Shown one piece after another: positions 62,031-64,000 of a DNA stretch of 64,000 nt. Made by a program: the position numbers and the translations under genes. Each line of letters begins with the position of its first letter. Position 1 is the first letter of the stretch. The notes under the pieces are model-generated. The model searched no databases. It was not told the origin of the DNA and worked only from the letters and a program-made list of their open reading frames with translations. Source of the stretch: a virus; the IMG/VR virus record IMGVR_UViG_3300045988_081755; one strand, given 5' to 3'.

Positions 62031-62657
62031 TTACAGTCCTCTCGATTTAATGATATTCTTGAGCCTGTCGCTATAACCTTTCTTCTCAGCGTATATTCGG
62101 TCTAAATAGGCGAAATATTCGTCTCTTGTAAATCGTCGACAGAATGTACTTTGCCATATAGCGTAATCAGTAATGCAGTCGTGCCAGGAGTTAAATCGGG
62201 CATGACCCATCATGGTTCCTACTGCAAGCGTTGGACGGGTGCTGGGGACTTTCATCCCCAGACAGTTATGTCCTTCCCTGAACAGCTTCGAAGTGAACGT
62301 ACCTGATTCCTCTATACATTGAGCCATCACAATATCCGGATGGTCAAGCCTCAACTTGAAGATATAGTCGTACACTTCATCAAAGAACGTTTCAGGAACT
62401 GAATCACCCACCTCGGGCATCGTTTCCTCTACTGCATAGCAACCTCCGGCTGGTACGGCTTCAGGATTGCTGCAAGATTTCATTACAATAAAAGCACATA
62501 GGAACACCAAACCCCACCAGAGCATTGAGAACCAGTTGAACGGCTTCTCTTTGAACACGTCGGCTCGTACCTGTTCCATCTTGTTTTCAATCTTCTTCCA
62601 CAGGTTCTTCTTCTTTGGAGGAGACCCTCCTGGATAGATTTCTTTTGTTTCAAGCAT
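62031..62657 (-). CDS. membrane-anchored GH73 N-acetylglucosaminidase (endolysin candidate)
   Basis: The start was moved to the ATG at 62657; the tracked start is TTG. There is an N-terminal TM helix (FNWFSMLWWGLVFLCAFIVM). The glucosaminidase signature is IVMAQCIEESGTFTSKLFREGHNCLGMK...FNSWHDCITDY. Confidence 0.7.
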   Translation of the reverse strand: MLETKEIYPGGSPPKKKNLWKKIENKMEQVRADVFKEKPFNWFSMLWWGLVFLCAFIVMKSCSNPEAVPAGGCYAVEETMPEVGDSVPETFFDEVYDYIFKLRLDHPDIVMAQCIEESGTFTSKLFREGHNCLGMKVPSTRPTLAVGTMMGHARFNSWHDCITDYAIWQSTFCRRFTRDEYFAYLDRIYAEKKGYSDRLKNIIKSRGL

Positions 62658-62673
62658 AATTTCAAATTTTAGT

Positions 62674-62850
62674 TTATAATAGTAGGAAGAACCCAATCAC
62701 AATGAACGCCATCACTACTCCCGCACACATCGCTCCCAATAGTAGGAAGAACGCCAGCATAATCTGAGTCTTCACTCTTCCCCTGTAATAGCTACGACAG
62801 GTACGGCAAGCAGCCTCGTTCCTACATGAACATTTTCGACATCGTCTCAT
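62674..62850 (-). CDS. 58-aa Cys-rich, C-terminally membrane-anchored protein (holin-like candidate)
   Basis: Below the track cut-off. Sequence MRRCRKCSCRNEAACRTCRSYYRGR..., then MLAFFLLLGAMCAGVVMAFIVIGFFLLL. It is preceded by a rare AAGGAGG and ends 16 nt before the GH73 start. Confidence 0.4.
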   Translation of the reverse strand: MRRCRKCSCRNEAACRTCRSYYRGRVKTQIMLAFFLLLGAMCAGVVMAFIVIGFFLLL

Positions 62851-62863
62851 GATTGTTTCCTCC

Positions 62864-63085
62864 TTAAAATTCCACGATTGGTTTCTTCTTGTGCTTCTTA
62901 GGAAGTTCCTCGTTGAATGTCTTAGGAATCCAACGGAAGTTCCCAGCGAAGCTGATTCCCTGACTTTTCAGGAACCGTTCAAGCCTTTCTTCCAAGACTG
63001 CCACACAGGTATCAGTTTCCTGCCATGTCGTCTTATAGTTCTTAGCAAAGTTATTGCTGCAAATGTACACTTCTTGACCTATCAT
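62864..63085 (-). CDS. hypothetical protein
   Basis: 73-aa ORF with a GATTATG start. Confidence 0.4.
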   Translation of the reverse strand: MIGQEVYICSNNFAKNYKTTWQETDTCVAVLEERLERFLKSQGISFAGNFRWIPKTFNEELPKKHKKKPIVEF

Positions 63086-63540
63086 AATCTCTGAATGTTT
63101 TGACCTTTCACTCCCCAGATTGTTTCAAGAACAACGTAGGCAAACTGCTCCTGCAACTTCCTCTCTTTCTCAATGTCAGTGGAGCGTCTATACTGTTCTT
63201 TATGCTCATCGCTCCAACCAAGTGTCCGGCTGAACACTTCGAACGCTGGTTCAGTAAAGTAGGAGCATACAGCTACATGGCGACCGAAACGGCTGTCATC
63301 CGAAACGATTATTTCCCAACAGTATTCATCAGAGACGTTCAGATATCGTTGAGCCTCCCCGAGTGAACCCTGTCCGAGTCTCGGAAGTACGTGTATCTGA
63401 CGAGTGTGCCCAGGAGTGAAGACTTCCTGTAACTTCAGGATATAGTCGCCAGCTGACTTAACAGGCTGGTCGAACTCTTCCAATGACTTCACAAAGTTTC
63501 GCCAAGTCTGGTTAGACAGACCGTTCATGTTTACCATCAT
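63082..63540 (-). CDS. hypothetical protein
   Basis: 152-aa ORF with a GATTATG start. Confidence 0.45.
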   Translation of the reverse strand: MMVNMNGLSNQTWRNFVKSLEEFDQPVKSAGDYILKLQEVFTPGHTRQIHVLPRLGQGSLGEAQRYLNVSDEYCWEIIVSDDSRFGRHVAVCSYFTEPAFEVFSRTLGWSDEHKEQYRRSTDIEKERKLQEQFAYVVLETIWGVKGQNIQRL

Positions 63541-63552
63541 AATCTTTCTATA

Positions 63553-64000
63553 TTAATCGAGTTCATAAATAACCAAGTCCTCAGGGTCGAAGATAGACGG
63601 ATATTCATCCATACCCTTTTTCACATCAAACGTGAAGTTCAGTTGATACCGTTCATCGACCACGCAGAACTGCTGAGCGATTTCACTCCAGCGTATAACA
63701 TTCTTCGGTAACCAAGCCACTCCAAGCTCTTTATTGAGAATTCTCCAAGCCTTATCGGTGCAGTGAGTTATCGCAGCCGTTTGCATACGTCCTTCATGTA
63801 GGAAGCGGATAAGTCCTGATTTAAACAGGTACGAGCGCAGGTACGGTCTATCCTCAGGTAGTGTTGGCTCAGCAGGAGCCTCTATTGGCGTCTCTACGAC
63901 CTGTTCAGTAGCAAGGTCAGATAAGTGTCCGCGAAGGGATACCTGCCCTCCCTCAAGGAGCTCAAACGAGTCATAGATTACTTGTTTAACAGTGCCGTCA
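63553..64000 (-). CDS. hypothetical protein, 5' end probably beyond window
   Basis: The frame of the tracked ORF 63553..63786 stays open upstream to the window edge (...DGTVKQVIYDSFELLEGGQVSL...RMQTAAITH...). Confidence 0.4.
   Translation of the reverse strand, partial: DGTVKQVIYDSFELLEGGQVSLRGHLSDLATEQVVETPIEAPAEPTLPEDRPYLRSYLFKSGLIRFLHEGRMQTAAITHCTDKAWRILNKELGVAWLPKNVIRWSEIAQQFCVVDERYQLNFTFDVKKGMDEYPSIFDPEDLVIYELD

Noticed and set aside
1-64000. Stop-codon reassignment (TAG or TGA recoding), as seen in some gut phages
   Set aside because: Long uninterrupted ORFs tile the window under the standard code, and TAA, TAG and TGA all serve as gene ends next to the following start codon. The only oddity is the single in-frame TGA in the 52053-52344 fragment.

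Overview
The whole 64 kb window looks like one contractile-tailed dsDNA phage (or prophage) of a Bacteroidota host. Genes are packed almost end to end on the minus strand. No rRNA, tRNA or CRISPR array was seen.

Gene order, right to left on the minus strand:
- Small early-type genes: HU, a GH73 glucosaminidase with a small membrane protein, a DUF2400-like protein and a HAD phosphatase.
- A short variable island at 49.2-53.4 kb.
- A divergent control region with iterons and a plus-strand Rep_3-like operon (46.0-49.2 kb).
- Head module: portal, Mu-F-like protein, Nudix-domain protein, prohead protease, scaffold and major capsid.
- Neck genes, then a cluster of BACON-like and Listeria-Bacteroides-repeat proteins, including a 1294-aa protein with 14 repeats.
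- Tail and baseplate: sheath, tube, chaperones, tape measure, baseplate, a DUF5675 protein next to a spanin-like lipoprotein, and fibres interrupted by a GIY-YIG homing endonuclease.
- HNH endonuclease, DEDDh exonuclease, terminase large subunit, DnaB-like helicase, primase and dUTPase.

Host inference rests on exact TAnnTTTG -7 boxes, a recurrent (G)ATTATG start context with almost no Shine-Dalgarno motifs, and the BACON-like and Flg_new-like domains.

Most interesting observations:
1. A BACON-repeat gene is flanked by 18-33 bp in-phase inverted repeats. These lead into three unrelated C-terminal cassettes that have no start codon. It looks like a shufflon, but no recombinase is visible in the window.
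2. A paralogue is broken by G10 and G8 tracts that fall on Gly codons. This is either phase variation or a homopolymer sequencing error.
3. BACON-like domains appear split across protein termini. Three proteins stop after the first half and four start with the second half. This suggests a fibre joined non-covalently, with interchangeable tips.
4. A 144-aa mini-intein sits in the TerL Walker A loop.
5. An iteron origin with a Rep gene suggests plasmid-like replication.
6. A papain-family C1 peptidase lies in a small membrane-protein operon.

All functional calls come from motifs read by eye. No database search was run.
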